A stretch of DNA of 64,000 nucleotides from NCBI RefSeq assembly GCF_018350175.1, contig NC_058383.1:13456001-13520000 (forward strand). Reading direction: 5' to 3'. Of the stretch, positions 1 to 12,008 are shown piece after piece. The notes under the pieces are model-generated. The model was not told the DNA's origin, ran no database searches, and saw nothing but the letters and a program-made list of their open reading frames with translations. Every line of letters begins with the position of its first letter. The first letter of the stretch is position 1. The translations under genes were made by a program, and so were the position numbers. The stretch comes from Felis catus. Lineage: Eukaryota.

Positions 1-1065
1 GAATGAGCACGGGAACTGAAAAACACGCTCGCTGTTTGATTGATGTCTGGGTGAGCACCAGTAATTCCTAAAATTCAGATCACTCGAGCCAAAGCTGGAT
101 TGGAGAGGGCTGCCAAGATCCTCCTTCTGCCGTAATTTATCCCTTGGGACCCTATAGGCATGTGTCTGAGCCTGCAGTCCACTCGCAGAGCGGCCTGACC
201 CGTGCTGTACCTGCAGTATAGAGAGAAAGCCATCCGGAGAAAGGATCGCTTGCAGTCTTGCCAGTACAGGGATCCCAGCTACTCCGTCGCGTGGCCCAGG
301 GAAGGCCCCTCGTTCTGACCATCTCACGGCAAAGAGTGAAAAAGACGGCGAGTGTTGGAGGAAGTTGTTCCTCTGGAGTTAAGGTGAGAGCCTGAAGAGG
401 GAGGAGCACAGAAGACATTCCACAGAACAGACAGCAGCCGGCAGCTTGAAAACCTGCAAGATTTGAGCAACAGGGTAATTGTGAAGACCTGGCTCTCACG
501 TTTGTTAACATCCAGAGAACAAAAATGCTGTGATCTATTTCATGTGTTAAAATCTGCTGCGCGTTTTCTGTCACAGTTACCAAATGTGGGTAATTTGGAT
601 TCAACGAGTATCCGTTCAGTGCTTTGAAGATTCAGAGTAATGAATCACAGCTACACACCATATTAATAAGCAAATGATGTATGTTCAGTCTTTAAAGACC
701 ATTGTTGTGATGCACAATTGGTGCAGAGGAAAGATTGAAAAGACCCTGTAACTTAAGCTGTGGGTTTCGCTGAGGAAGCCAGCGCTACTGTGCATTCTAT
801 TGACTGCTCTCTCCCACCCAAATAACAACAAAAAACAGAACAAACAACGTAGATCCATCAAAGAGCATGATAGTACAAATTGTTGGGATTGCAGATATGT
901 AGATAGAAAATGAAGTTAACGTGAAATGTTTAATGTTTATTTTGAGTTCTTGGAACAGTGTTCATTGCTGACTGTGTGTACATATGTATGTGTGGGGGGG
1001 GATTAATTGGGGGTACCTGTGGCCCCTTGTGGGGCTTGCCTTGTTTCAAAGTGTGGGCCACAGTA

Positions 1066-1298
1066 GTGGCTCAGCCGTTTAGGCATCTGACTTCGGCTCA
1101 GGTCATGATCTCAGAGCTAGGCTCCTGAGTTCGAGCCCCGCGTCTGGCTCTGTGCTGACAGCTCAGAGCCTGGAGCCTGCTGCAGATTCGGTGTCTCCCT
1201 CTCTCTCTCTGCCCCTCCCCTGCTCGCACTTTGTCTCTCTCTCTCTCTCTTTCTCTCTCTCTCAAATTAAATAAATAAACATTAAAAAAAATTTTTTT
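1066..1298 (+). mobile_element. CanSINE (SINEC_Fc type), 5'-truncated by about 11 nt
   Basis: GTGGCTCAGCCGTTTAGG...GGTCATGATCTC...GAGTTCGAGCCCC...GCTCAGAGCCTGGAGCCTGC, then a (CT)n tract and AATAAA/A tail; imperfect TSD GTGGGCCACAGTA / GTGGGCCCCAGTA. Confidence 0.95.
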
Positions 1299-2100
1299 GA
1301 GTGGGCCCCAGTAGAAGAAGAATATTGTAGAATCACAGAATTTTAGACCCAAGGAAAGAAAACTTGGGAGTCACCTGGTGTCACAAAAGGTGTCTAATTT
1401 CCTCTCAGATTTCAGACTGACTGGGTGTTTGTGAATTCTGTGAAGAAGTGGCAGCAGTAAATATTATGCGGGGCCACAGAAAGAAGGCTGCCGCACTTGT
1501 CATATTTAGTTGATAGAAGTAATGAACCATAATGAGCAGGGGGTTTGTGGAAGAGAAGGAACAGAGGATGAAAAAGATAAAATAGGGAGAATTGCCTCCT
1601 CCTCAAGAAATGCCTCTCTTCTGACGTGTATCAGCTTTCAATATCCCTACAGATATTTTACAGGAATTGCTACCTCTTTAAACATTTATGCTATTAAAAA
1701 ATCAGGCCAATTGTTGACATAAACCTAACATAGCAGCTGCTATATAGACAGAATATGAATTTTTTATGCTGTTGATGAGAAGTTTATGTCATTTATGTGC
1801 TATAGTAAGGGTACAAGATGGATTTTGAATCCTGAAAAAGCTGCCATTGGCACCATTCAGAATATTAGCTGTGCTTTGAGTCAAAATATGAAGATGGCTA
1901 TATTTTTTGGTGTGTGTGTTTCCGTGCAAACCGGCTTATCTGTGGGTGGGGTGGGAGAAATCGCTGTACCTGGGGAAAATAGTAATGGTTTTCTTTTGTT
2001 TCTGTTTTGTTTTGTGAAAGGGAGGATTGATAGCATTTAATATTTGATTTATCTGCCCTTCCCTTCACCATCAAAAGAATTAACCGTTGTGGTGACAAAA

Positions 2101-2272
2101 CCATATTTCATCTAATTGGAGGTGCCGTCAGCTGCAAGATGCAACATTATTTCATGTACCACTAAGAATACGCACTAACAATTAAGCTGACATGCCATTG
2201 ATTTTCAGGTGCATTTCAATTTCAGAGATGTTGAAATGTGTAAGAACGGGTCTCTTGGAATTGATGAAATGG
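2101..2272 (-). mobile_element. MER104-like TcMar non-autonomous DNA transposon (MITE)
   Basis: Terminal inverted repeats CCATATTTCATC...GATGAAATGG; internal ATTTCAGAGATGTTGAAATGTG and ATGTACCACTAAG match the recalled MER104 consensus. Confidence 0.8.
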
Positions 2273-2734
2273 CATGTGTGGTTCATGTCTGTCTGTATAA
2301 AATATACTTACATTTGGTTATATTCTGTAGTATTCTGAATCATTTTTACCGAGTTAGGTTTTATTTGTCCTTTAAATTTGCTATTAACGTTTGTTTGATA
2401 CAATTAACTTAACATGGCATGACTTTGGAGTCTACTTAACAGAATCATTTGGAAGCTCTAGTTTCTTTCAAAAGGAAAAGAAAAGGGTCAGGTGCAAGGA
2501 AGCAGATTGACATTAAAGTAAGAGCATTTCTTTTCAGAAGAAAAGGAAGCACAACAAAATCAAAGAAGGGAAGGTAGAGGCGAGTGCTCTTAATTAGGGA
2601 CCAGCAAACTGCTATGGTAACTTTTTAAGAGAAAGGCAGATTGTTGCTACTGTGTCAAAATCCAGTAGCTGATCTGATTGCGTGTTTATAGTTCACAGGT
2701 GGGGTCTGTCAGGAGTGAATACCTCCGAAACCAG

Positions 2735-2945
2735 AAGACTGTAGTTAATAATAATGCATGCTGGATATTTGCTAAGAGACATTTCAGATGTTTTCACCAC
2801 ATACAAACACACAAAAATGGTAACTGTGTGAGAAAGTGGGTATGTTGATCAGCTTAAGTGTAGTAATCGTTTCACTACATATATGTATATGAAAAACATG
2901 TACACTTTAAATATGTACAGTTTTTATTTTAAGATTATATAAAAG
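2735..2945 (+). mobile_element. Old L1 3' UTR fragment (L1MA-like)
   Basis: GACTGTAGTTAATAATAATG...TTTGCTAAGAGA...ATGGTAACTGTGTGAG...TGTAGTAATCGTTTCAC...TGTACACTTTAAATATGTACAGTTTTTATT, typical of an L1MA 3' end. Confidence 0.75.
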
Positions 2946-3054
2946 TTATATACACATTACAAAACAAAACATAATAATACATACAGCAATAATGCACGTC
3001 ATATATTAGGTGCTCAATAAATCATGGACATGTTTCCCTCATCAGTGTGTTTCT

Positions 3055-3367
3055 CCATAGTAATTTTTAGTGACTGCATAGTATACCATCATATAATGCA
3101 ACATAATTTTTAACCATTTCCCTATTTATCGACATTTAGATGGCAGTTTGTCATTTTAATAACGTGGATGCCATGAATATCCTTCTACTTTCTTTTTGTC
3201 ACACTTACCCATTGATCATTTTAGGGTCAATTCCTAGGAGCAGAATTGCTGATTCAAAGAATATGCATGTTTTAATGTGTTGGGAGGGGACCATTTCTTC
3301 ACATATTCACCAATACAGGATTTCATCAGTTCCCCATTCCCCTCATCTTGCCAACCTGATTGGTTGA

Positions 3368-3411
<44 letters not shown>

Positions 3412-3460
3412 ACCCTGTTTTTGTTTTTATTAGCATTTTAAAAATTATAGTTGGGGTTGA
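3055..3460 (-). mobile_element. Ancient L1 fragment (L1ME/L1MC-like), interrupted by (GAAA)n
   Basis: GACTGCATAGTATACCATC...GACATTTAG...TTCCTAGGAGCAGAATTGCTGATTCAAAG, antisense L1 ORF2-end motifs. Confidence 0.65.
3366..3412. repeat. (GAAA)11 tetranucleotide microsatellite
   Basis: Perfect GAAA array read directly. Confidence 0.98.
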
Positions 3461-4284
3461 ACACATCGGCCTTTTCAGAATGGTTCTTGATAATAAGAAA
3501 GCCTTGATAAAAAGGGAGCTCAGGAGAAAAACGGAAGGTCTTAAGGGACTTTCACACTGTTTTACGGAATCCTATGAGTTTTTGAGGAAACCCTCTCGTG
3601 TTCCTTAAGGCAGATGAAACTGATAAGAAATCACTTGCGATGTGGAGATCAGATGTAGCTCACTCACTCAGTCTGCGAACCAACGCCGGAAGGGAAAACT
3701 CCTTAGCATCAGAACACTCTGGAAGCTTCAACAGGCCCAGGCCCAGGCTTGTTTTGAAAGCCTGAAGCTCTGTGGACAAGAACCACAGACTCCTGTCTGC
3801 TTCCTCAGAAGCAAGGATTTGAAGAAGAGGGCCAAAGAGGGCTCCATTCTTCTGAGTGCTAGATTTCTTTCATACTCTTTCCTTTTGGTCGAATTGAACT
3901 GTTGCCTTCATGGGCACAAATAATCAGACAGTGTAACTTGGCAGTGGTTAACAATAAAATTGCATCCTATGAGCTATGCTGCTTTTTTTTAAGTAGGCAA
4001 ATAGGGTGATTTCTTTCTGAAACTCTCTGCTGTTTGAAGCTCTTTGAAGCTCTTAACATTTCAGTCAACATGGGAATCATATTGGGAATAAAGTAGTAAA
4101 TTCCCATTCAGATTGCCTGTACCATGTAATCTTCAGGGACAGTAATGGCCATGTAGTTACAGAGTGTATCCCCCACTTAGTAATTACCAAACACATTGGC
4201 TCCAAGAACCTCTCACTGTCTGCCCTTGGAGGCGCAGCCCCAGTGTGGCTTCCTCTTTGGGAGCATGTATTGTACAGTGGCCAG

Positions 4285-4460
4285 GACAGCATGATACAGT
4301 GGAAACCCCTTATTGGGGTCAGACCAGACGTGAAATGGACTCAACTCTGCCATTTACTGTGGTACTCTTATCTTGAGAGATTAGGAGCAAGACGATTGTG
4401 GTGGAGACAGTAGATTTCATGAGATCGATCATGTAAAATAGTTCATCAGTAAATATCGTT
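4285..4460 (+). mobile_element. MIR fragment
   Basis: GGGGTCAGACCAGAC...CAACTCTGCCATTTACTG, similar to the MIR 5' half and core. Confidence 0.5.
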
Positions 4461-4664
4461 CTTGGCCCCTGTTTGTGTTGACTTCCTCATTCTGTCTCCG
4501 AAATCTTATTCAGCTGCCTCCATGTCATGATAACTTCTTTGAAATTTCTTAAAAGTCTTGATCTGGGTCACATGTTGATGTTTCTTTAGTATTCAATATT
4601 GATTGTTACCTCTTGACATTGTATACTTCTGTGTATCTGTAGCGTCCTCCATTAGCACACATGT

Positions 4665-5030
4665 GCATTCATCAAATATTTAATTGAGCCCCTGTTGTGT
4701 GTTAGGCCCAGGGTAAGATGCGGGAATGTGTTGGTGAACAAGAGATGTTCTTGTGGAGCTTACACCCCCGCAGGGGAGACCTATATGAAACAACCTTGAG
4801 TTACTAAGTGAAAATCGCGGCGATTGCCATGAATGCTGCTATAAAGGGCTGTAAGCGTGGACCAGCTCAGGGGTGACATTTCAGCTGATACCTGTTGGGT
4901 AAGCAGGAATTAGCCAGGAAAAGGTGGGGATGATAAGTCTTTGGGCAAAGGAAACAGCGTGTTCAAGGCTCGAAACAGGAAAGAACCCAGATTAGTGGTT
5001 GGAGCAGCTGTGGGAGAACGGAGTGCAGGC
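4665..5030 (-). mobile_element. L2 3' fragment
   Basis: CATTCATCAAATATTTAATTGAGCCCCTGTTGTGTG (antisense L2 tail), plus GGTGACATTTCAGCTGA and GGCAAAGGAAACAGCGTGTTCAAGG. Confidence 0.75.
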
Positions 5031-8000
5031 AGCAGGCCTTGAGAGAGGGCACCTCAGAGTGAAAGGTCTGAAGGCTGGAAACCCCGGCGGCCTGCAGGCC
5101 AGCTGCACAACTCTGGTCTTTGGTCCACGAGCAATAGCAAGACGCTGAAGGGGTTGAAGGCCTACCTCTGGAAGACTTTCCAGTAAAACAGATGAACGGA
5201 TAGATTTGAAGTGGTCCTCCCTTAAGGTGGGGTTTTGAGGCCAGAGTCTGGTTGTGTGCCACCACATACTCCACCCTTGCTCATACAGAAACAACAACAA
5301 CAACAACAAAAACCCACACGGATGCTATTTTCAAGTATCCCTTCAACTCTAAGATACTAGGATGATGGGTAGAATATGAGCATTTTTGTTTTCCACAGAA
5401 CTTAAATTTAAGGATATATTTCTGAGGAAGAATGTTTTCAACCTAAGCTAGAGGAATCTTGGTGAAGTTTTTAGGATCTTTTAAAATACTGATACTGTGT
5501 TTAAAGAGAAATGTATACTTCTCTTTAAAATGTATCAAAATGCTTAATTATGTTACCGAGTGTAAATGAAAAGGGACAGGCCCAAAAGGAACCTTCCTGA
5601 GGAGATCAGAGAAGATTATTTCCAAAATCTTTGTCAGTCCCTATGGTTCTATTCTATGAGCCTGAGGCCAAATTGGGTCATCTTCTGAGTGTTTGAATAA
5701 AGGCCTCCTAACTCCTAACTCCTGTACATAATGCTAATGTATTTATTAGTTCATTTATTTTGCCACAGAGCACCACTTTAACAGCACTTACACGGAATCC
5801 AAGTTTTCTTCGAATTTTAGTGGATGACACCCAAGGTCCAGCCTTAGTATCTTACAGGAAGGGGAGATCCAGACTTGGACCCAGGAGCTGCCTAATTCTT
5901 GATTTCTCTAAACAGGGCTTTGATCATGGGGGCCTCTCTCTGAGGCACTGTGGTAGAAACCCCTGCCAGCACTTTGTTCCGTGACAAGAATCCCATCTTT
6001 ACGTCAATCTCCAGATTCAAAATACAAGATAATGAAGTCACTGCTTTTACTAGGTGGAAACTTCCCTTGATTTACCACTAATGCCTTAATTACCTTCTTC
6101 TTTCCTTCTGTTTTGTCCCAGCTCTGTCTAGCATTGCCTTTCTGTCTTTTTTCCTTATGAGATTGGCTGGATCTCTAGCCTGCCTAAGTACTGGGGAGCT
6201 TCATGAATAGGTTCAGAACGTAGGGAAGCGTCGAGAGAGTAGGGGGTAGTCGGGTGTGGTTCCTGTTGCCCTCATCCATCTGTTGTGCTGCTCGTTGGGA
6301 GTTAGAGATGAGAGGCGTGTGGCCCTTGGCCACAGAGGCTCACGATCAAGATGAACTATTTTATTTACTTGCAGTGTACTGCCATACCTTCATGTGTTTT
6401 AGGAATGTTCCAAGTACAGTGTTTCTTATTAAAGTGCCAGCTAAGAAAAAGCCAGGTAAGTCAGATATTATTGAATCAATGAGTTTATCGTGATTAATAC
6501 AATTAAATAAGCATGTAGCTCTTCCCTTCAGGTTAGTGTTTTGGTAACCACATTTTTCTTGTCATCTACCCAGGTATTAGAATTAAAATCCCTAAAACAA
6601 AATAAAAAACAACATTCTCACCCACAAAAGATAGGGAGAAGGCAGTGATACCTGTCCTTACTGTTACGTTTAATTATGCCTTCATTGTATATATTTTGGC
6701 ATGAAGTCACTGCTAGTTTCTGTTTGGATGAGGGAATCACGTGGATCCTGGAAGATGGAGGGTCGAGGAAAGGGAGCGCACAAGCCATGACTTCAATATC
6801 TCCTATGTCATCTCGGGAAGAAAAAAAAGACTTTTCTGGTCTGACCAAAAAATTCAGTTTAATGAGGATCTTAAAAGCCTACCTGTAGAAATCAGAGTGA
6901 TAATGGCCATACCGCAGCCCTTCGCTAGCCCCCGCAGTGTTTTGATCGTAAATGCTCCCCAAGGTGTTGATTTGGTTCTGGCTGCAGCCACAAGAGGGGA
7001 GTTCCTGCTTGTTAACTGAAGAGTAGAGAAGTCGCTAAAGATGAGATACAGGGGGGAAAAACCCAAAAAAACAAAAACTAAAAGCTTCTCCAAGGTGGCA
7101 GAAGGGCACAGTGTTTGCCATCTTTATCACACGATCCTTAGCAAAGGATCCTCTGTTAACAGCTTAATACCTGAAACCCTCAGATTAGATTCCAGTCTGA
7201 GCATTTTTTTCCACCTTCTTCCTGACTTTTATCAAGCGCTTTGTGCTGCCTGTATTTCTTAGCCTTCAGACTTTTCTCTGGATTGCTAACCACTAATTGG
7301 AGATTTATTAGGCGCTCTTAAGTAAGAGGGGAGGAAGGCCAAAGGAGAAGGAAAATGGAGGAGAAGCCAGAAGAAACTTCAGGAAGGCAGCAGAGGGAGG
7401 AACAGGGGAGGATGGAAATAAAAGACAGATAAATGAAGACAAATGAAGAGCAATGAGATAGGGAGGCCTGGAGTAAAATACTGAAACCGAGCTAGTGCGG
7501 ATCCATGTAAAATAGGGGTCTGGTGGAAGATCTCCAGCAAAAGTGGCGTAAATCAATGATGAGTAAATTAATAGGGCAATTGTGCAAATGGGACTCACTC
7601 ATTTAAACTAAGCGTAATACATCATGGATGATTTAGAGATCACGCAGTCCGTAGGGCATACCTTTTAATCTACACAGGACCCAGTAGACAGTGCTGTCAC
7701 TTCAAGGGTAAAAAGGCAGAGGATCAGAACACTGGGTGTGTCTCTTCATTTTAAAAGTGTTAATAAGACAGATTCTGAGCGACAGGAAAATTAGCCAGAC
7801 TCCAGAGCTTAGCTTGTGATCTGTGGATTCAAAAGGAGCTTCGGGTATTCTGGAATTCTCTCCACAAACACAAAATTTTTCTTGAAGAATCATTTTTTAA
7901 AGAACTTATTTGAATAGGTTAGCATGTATGATTGACAGAAATTGAAGGGGATGTAAAATGAGTCACTGCCCATGGGATCAAAGGAGCATCTGAGCATTAA

Positions 8001-8354
8001 GTGGGTGTAATCCGGTCAGAATCCTGTGCTGTACTTGAGAGCATTCTGAGACCAGGAAAGAAAATGATCCCTGTGGTCCTACTTCTTTCATCCATGCATG
8101 CGTTCACGCACTCATCCAACAGATGCTTACTGATAACCCACTTCCTAGGAGGTACTGAGGAATGTCCTAGAGGGTGCTGGTTCAGCCTGCAACAGAAACA
8201 TTCGCAGGTCATTCGTGGAGTCCCCTTGCCAGTATTCTTGGGGGTAGGTGGTGAGGACCAGAAAGAAGTGCACATTGGGAATGGAGAGAAGTCTTCATTT
8301 ATAGAACTTTTAGGATTTCCAAGTCTGTTCTTTTTCAATTTAGAAATGGAGGCT

Positions 8355-8574
8355 GGGATGCCTGGATGGCACAGTTGGTTAAGCGTCCAACTCTTGATTT
8401 TGGTTCAGGTCATGATCCCAGGCCTGTGGGTTCAAGCCCTGCGTCGGGCTCTGCGTTGACAGTAAGGAGCCTGCTTGGGATTCTTTCTCTCCCTCTCTCT
8501 GTCAGCCTCTCCCCTGCTCGTGCTCTCTCTCCCTCTCTGTCTAAACAAACACACAAACAAACTTAAAAAAAAAA
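8355..8574 (+). mobile_element. CanSINE (older subfamily)
   Basis: GGGATGCCTGGATGGCACAGTTGGTTAAGCGTCCAACTCTTGATTTTGG...; TSD TAGAAATGGAGGCT (8341-8354) / TAGAAATGGAAGCT (8575-8588). Confidence 0.95.
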
Positions 8575-11500
8575 TAGAAATGGAAGCTCATAAAGGTTAA
8601 GTGTCTGGGTCAAAGTCCAGAGCTATTTGGAGTGTTTAGGGTTAGGTGATCGTGAACTTCCCTTCTGGGCCACTGTTAGAATGTATTCCTTTTTTTTTTT
8701 TTTTTTTTTTTAATCTTCATGAAGCAGTTTGGAGGTATAATTTCTAGCCTACACAGGTTAGAGGTGAGATCTAGTGACAGTTAGATGTTAGAAGTATTTA
8801 AACACTTCTGTTATGGGGAAAGCAAACGCATAAAGCCTGTCTGTTCTTCAGTAAATGCTAGGCCTCTCTCAGAGTGGGAAAAGAGACTTAATTTAATAAA
8901 AGCTGCATTTTTGTATGAGATTTCACACTATGCTCATAAACTTCTGTCACTGATGAGGAAAATGACATTATTCTAAGTCTTGTACATTTTAGCAAAGGAG
9001 CTAAACTAAGCCAAGATTCCAGGGAGTTGTGGAAACCAGCAATTTGTGACACACCTTACATATGAAGAGTTACCATTGTAGGACATTCACCAAAGTTGAT
9101 CACAAGAGGCGTCTCCAAGCATGTCTTACAGGCGAGCAGGTAGTAACTTTCAAATTCTCTGTTATCAATAATCATACATTTATGTTTTTCTGTGTAAAGG
9201 AGAAAATAATTTCCCAAGGCCATAAAACAAATTACTGATGATGTTAAACAAAACATTTTTGCCCAGATAGTATTTTATAAGAGGCTACTCAACATGATTT
9301 TGAATCACTTGGGATTTTCGTGTTTCCATTCTGGAGATCAGGGAAGACACATGTTGGAGAGGAAGCATGTCTTCAATCTGGAAATGATACTTGTGTCAGT
9401 AATAAGAATAATTTATTTTCTGTTCTCAGAGCGCTTAGTGGATTCTAATTCTTTTCCTACTGAGGTTCAGTTTAGTTTGGTCACTCACACTTGACTCCTA
9501 GTATTCCGTATGGTTCTACTGACCACTGATAGTGTAACTCCAGTGAGAAAGCAAATACTTCCCTCCTCCTCATTTGCAGTATGATTGAGTTTAACCTTCC
9601 TTTGTCCCACTTCAGGTATCCGATCCTTTGACAATTGTTAACCTGCCCGTTTGGGATTGTTCGGCATTTAGTTATGACGATAGCATTTCTTAGAATAAAT
9701 TAGATTTTTAAGAGAATGCTGCCTGCCAGGAAGCAAAGTTATTAGGTAGTGTGTATATTTTCAATGCTATAAAAATCTCCTTAACCAAACATAATAGGCA
9801 GGTAAAATAAATGTGAAAGAACTGTCTCCCCTCTAGGTCTTAAAATCATTAAGCTGAAGACAGGTGGTCTAATTTTGCTGTTTCTATTTTCCTTATCCAC
9901 ATGTATGATAAATCACATACATATCTTATGTTTATAGCTGATTTATTTATGTGCCTGAATACACATTTCTCCAGTGGACTATTATAAAAAGTTGAGTTTT
10001 CTTTTGCAGTTGGAAATTAGTTTCACTGTGCCTGAACATTCCACCATCTTTGACCATCAGCACTCTTATTTGCCAGAGAACAAAAATGTACCTGGCATGA
10101 CCTTTTGTAATCCCATGTTTGAACTAAACAGAGGAACATCTTGTGAACAAACTGGAGAGATGTATGAAATAAATATGTTTTTCTTTACTATTATAGTTAT
10201 TTTTAACCCACAGCTTTCAAGAAGGCATTTGAAGCAATTGGAATGTTTAATACAATAGGAGTAAAAGTGAGTCCTGGCTGGGCGGAGTAGGAACTTTGCA
10301 ACATTCATGTTGTTGCTGAGTTTGTTGATAAAATTGACACTGAGGTTCCTGGAAGCCAGGGCAGTGGAAGAATGTGATAATTCTTGTTTTTAGAAGAGAT
10401 AACTAGCTTCTTATTTGGGTGTTGGGAGTAGGGTGGAGAGAAGCAATTTATTTTTGCCTCGTTCTAAACACTTCTAAAAATGCATCACGTCCCGATTTTC
10501 ATTGGGAGTGACTGGAGAGCGTAACTGACAATGTCCTCAGTTGGAGATTCCTGGAAAATTCTGTCGTCGAATCCATGTTGTTTTAGTTCTGACCTTTGAT
10601 GAAAGATCAAGGTATTGCATTGAAGCTTTTCCTTCAAGTGACATGGTTCATACTCATCCATATGTAGACTTCTGATGATATCCCTTTCCCATCCCCGTGA
10701 TCAAGAATAGATTAGTAATCTTGAAAAACAAGATGAACTGGCAAGCAGGATTATTTTATAAATACTAAGGAGCCCGGAGAACTTTTTGGTCAGAGTGGAA
10801 AGCCACCCTGCTCTCCTAGGCCAAGCAGTATAAACAAAACCATCATTCATTCACACTTTGAAGGTCGCTGTTTGTGGGGTCAGATTTTTCAACCTGGTCA
10901 GGACTTAGCACTGATCTGTTTAGACCGATTTTCATTGTCTGTACTTTTGTTCATTTCTCCTGGCTCACAGAATTGATTTTGTAGACCTACTGGTGGTCTT
11001 TGGATATCTCAAAAGCTTATCTTTATTACTCTAACAAATATTTATCCCCTTATGCCAGATGTTGTGCTAGATTTAAGGAGTATAGGAGTCAGGTTGTCCT
11101 TGCCTTCTTGGAGTCTCTAGTCGTGTACTTTGGTTCTTAAATCTCTTTATCACGTCCTGAGACATACAAGGGTCCTATGACCTACACAGACTTTAGTTAC
11201 TGAAAGTTTTCATCGTCCGCTACACATTCCCATCCCAAATGCTTACGGGAAAGCATGATCAAGCCACTCAACATCACTCGCCAGTGGGACTTTAGATCTT
11301 AGAGTTTCTGATGATTATGTAAAAGCATGTGTATGTTTCAGGACTCATAAGTGATTAAAAATGTTTCAGGAAGCACACCATCAGCCCCAATGTCCTAGAC
11401 ATGTCACCAACTCAGCGGGCAAGATTTTCGTCTTTCTTTTAAAGTTAAATGTGACCTGAAGAGCACTTGAGTACTAGTGTGAACTTCCAGATGAGAGATA

Positions 11501-11784
11501 CAGTGCATGATAAGGATGGAGATTTGAGTGGCTTTGGTGAGAGGCAATGGCAAATGAGACATTAGAGAAATACACAGACAGGAATCTCCTTCCCATCACT
11601 TCCATTTTTCTTTAGTCGTGGTTGTAAGATAGCGAGTTACCTTGTAGTTAGAGAAGGAATTAAAAATGCTTGGTTAGTAAGTGGGCTTTATATTGGTCAC
11701 TTAATGCTCTGATGGAGTCTGAATCAAAATGCTACTCCTGAGGGAGGGAGCCACACAGACACTTGTCAACCCTTTGTGCACCTT

Positions 11785-12008
11785 TCTTTTTTAAAAAAAT
11801 TTTTTAATGTTTATTTATTTTTGACAGAGAGAGACAAAGCATGAGAGGGGGAGGGGCAGAGAGAGAGGGAGACACAGAATCCGAAGCAGGCTCCAGGCTC
11901 TGAGCCGTCAGCACACAGCCCACCACGGGCCATGAGAACTCACAGGCCATGAGATCATGACCCGAGCCGAAGTCTGACGCTTAACCGACTGAGCCACCCA
12001 GGCGCCCC
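11785..12008 (-). mobile_element. CanSINE (SINEC_Fc)
   Basis: Full-length antisense copy ending GAGCCACCCAGGCGCCCC; perfect 17-bp TSD AACCCTTTGTGCACCTT (11768-11784 / 12009-12025). Confidence 0.97.

Noticed and set aside
217..383. Possible plus-strand exon (CTGCAG acceptor, AAG|GTGAGA donor) in a CpG-containing stretch
   Set aside because: All three frames contain a stop and the pyrimidine tract is weak.
1098..1352. ORFs with RERERE or LSLSLS runs (also near 26822, 34030, 34908, 49916, 61417)
   Set aside because: Translations of CanSINE (CT)n regions.
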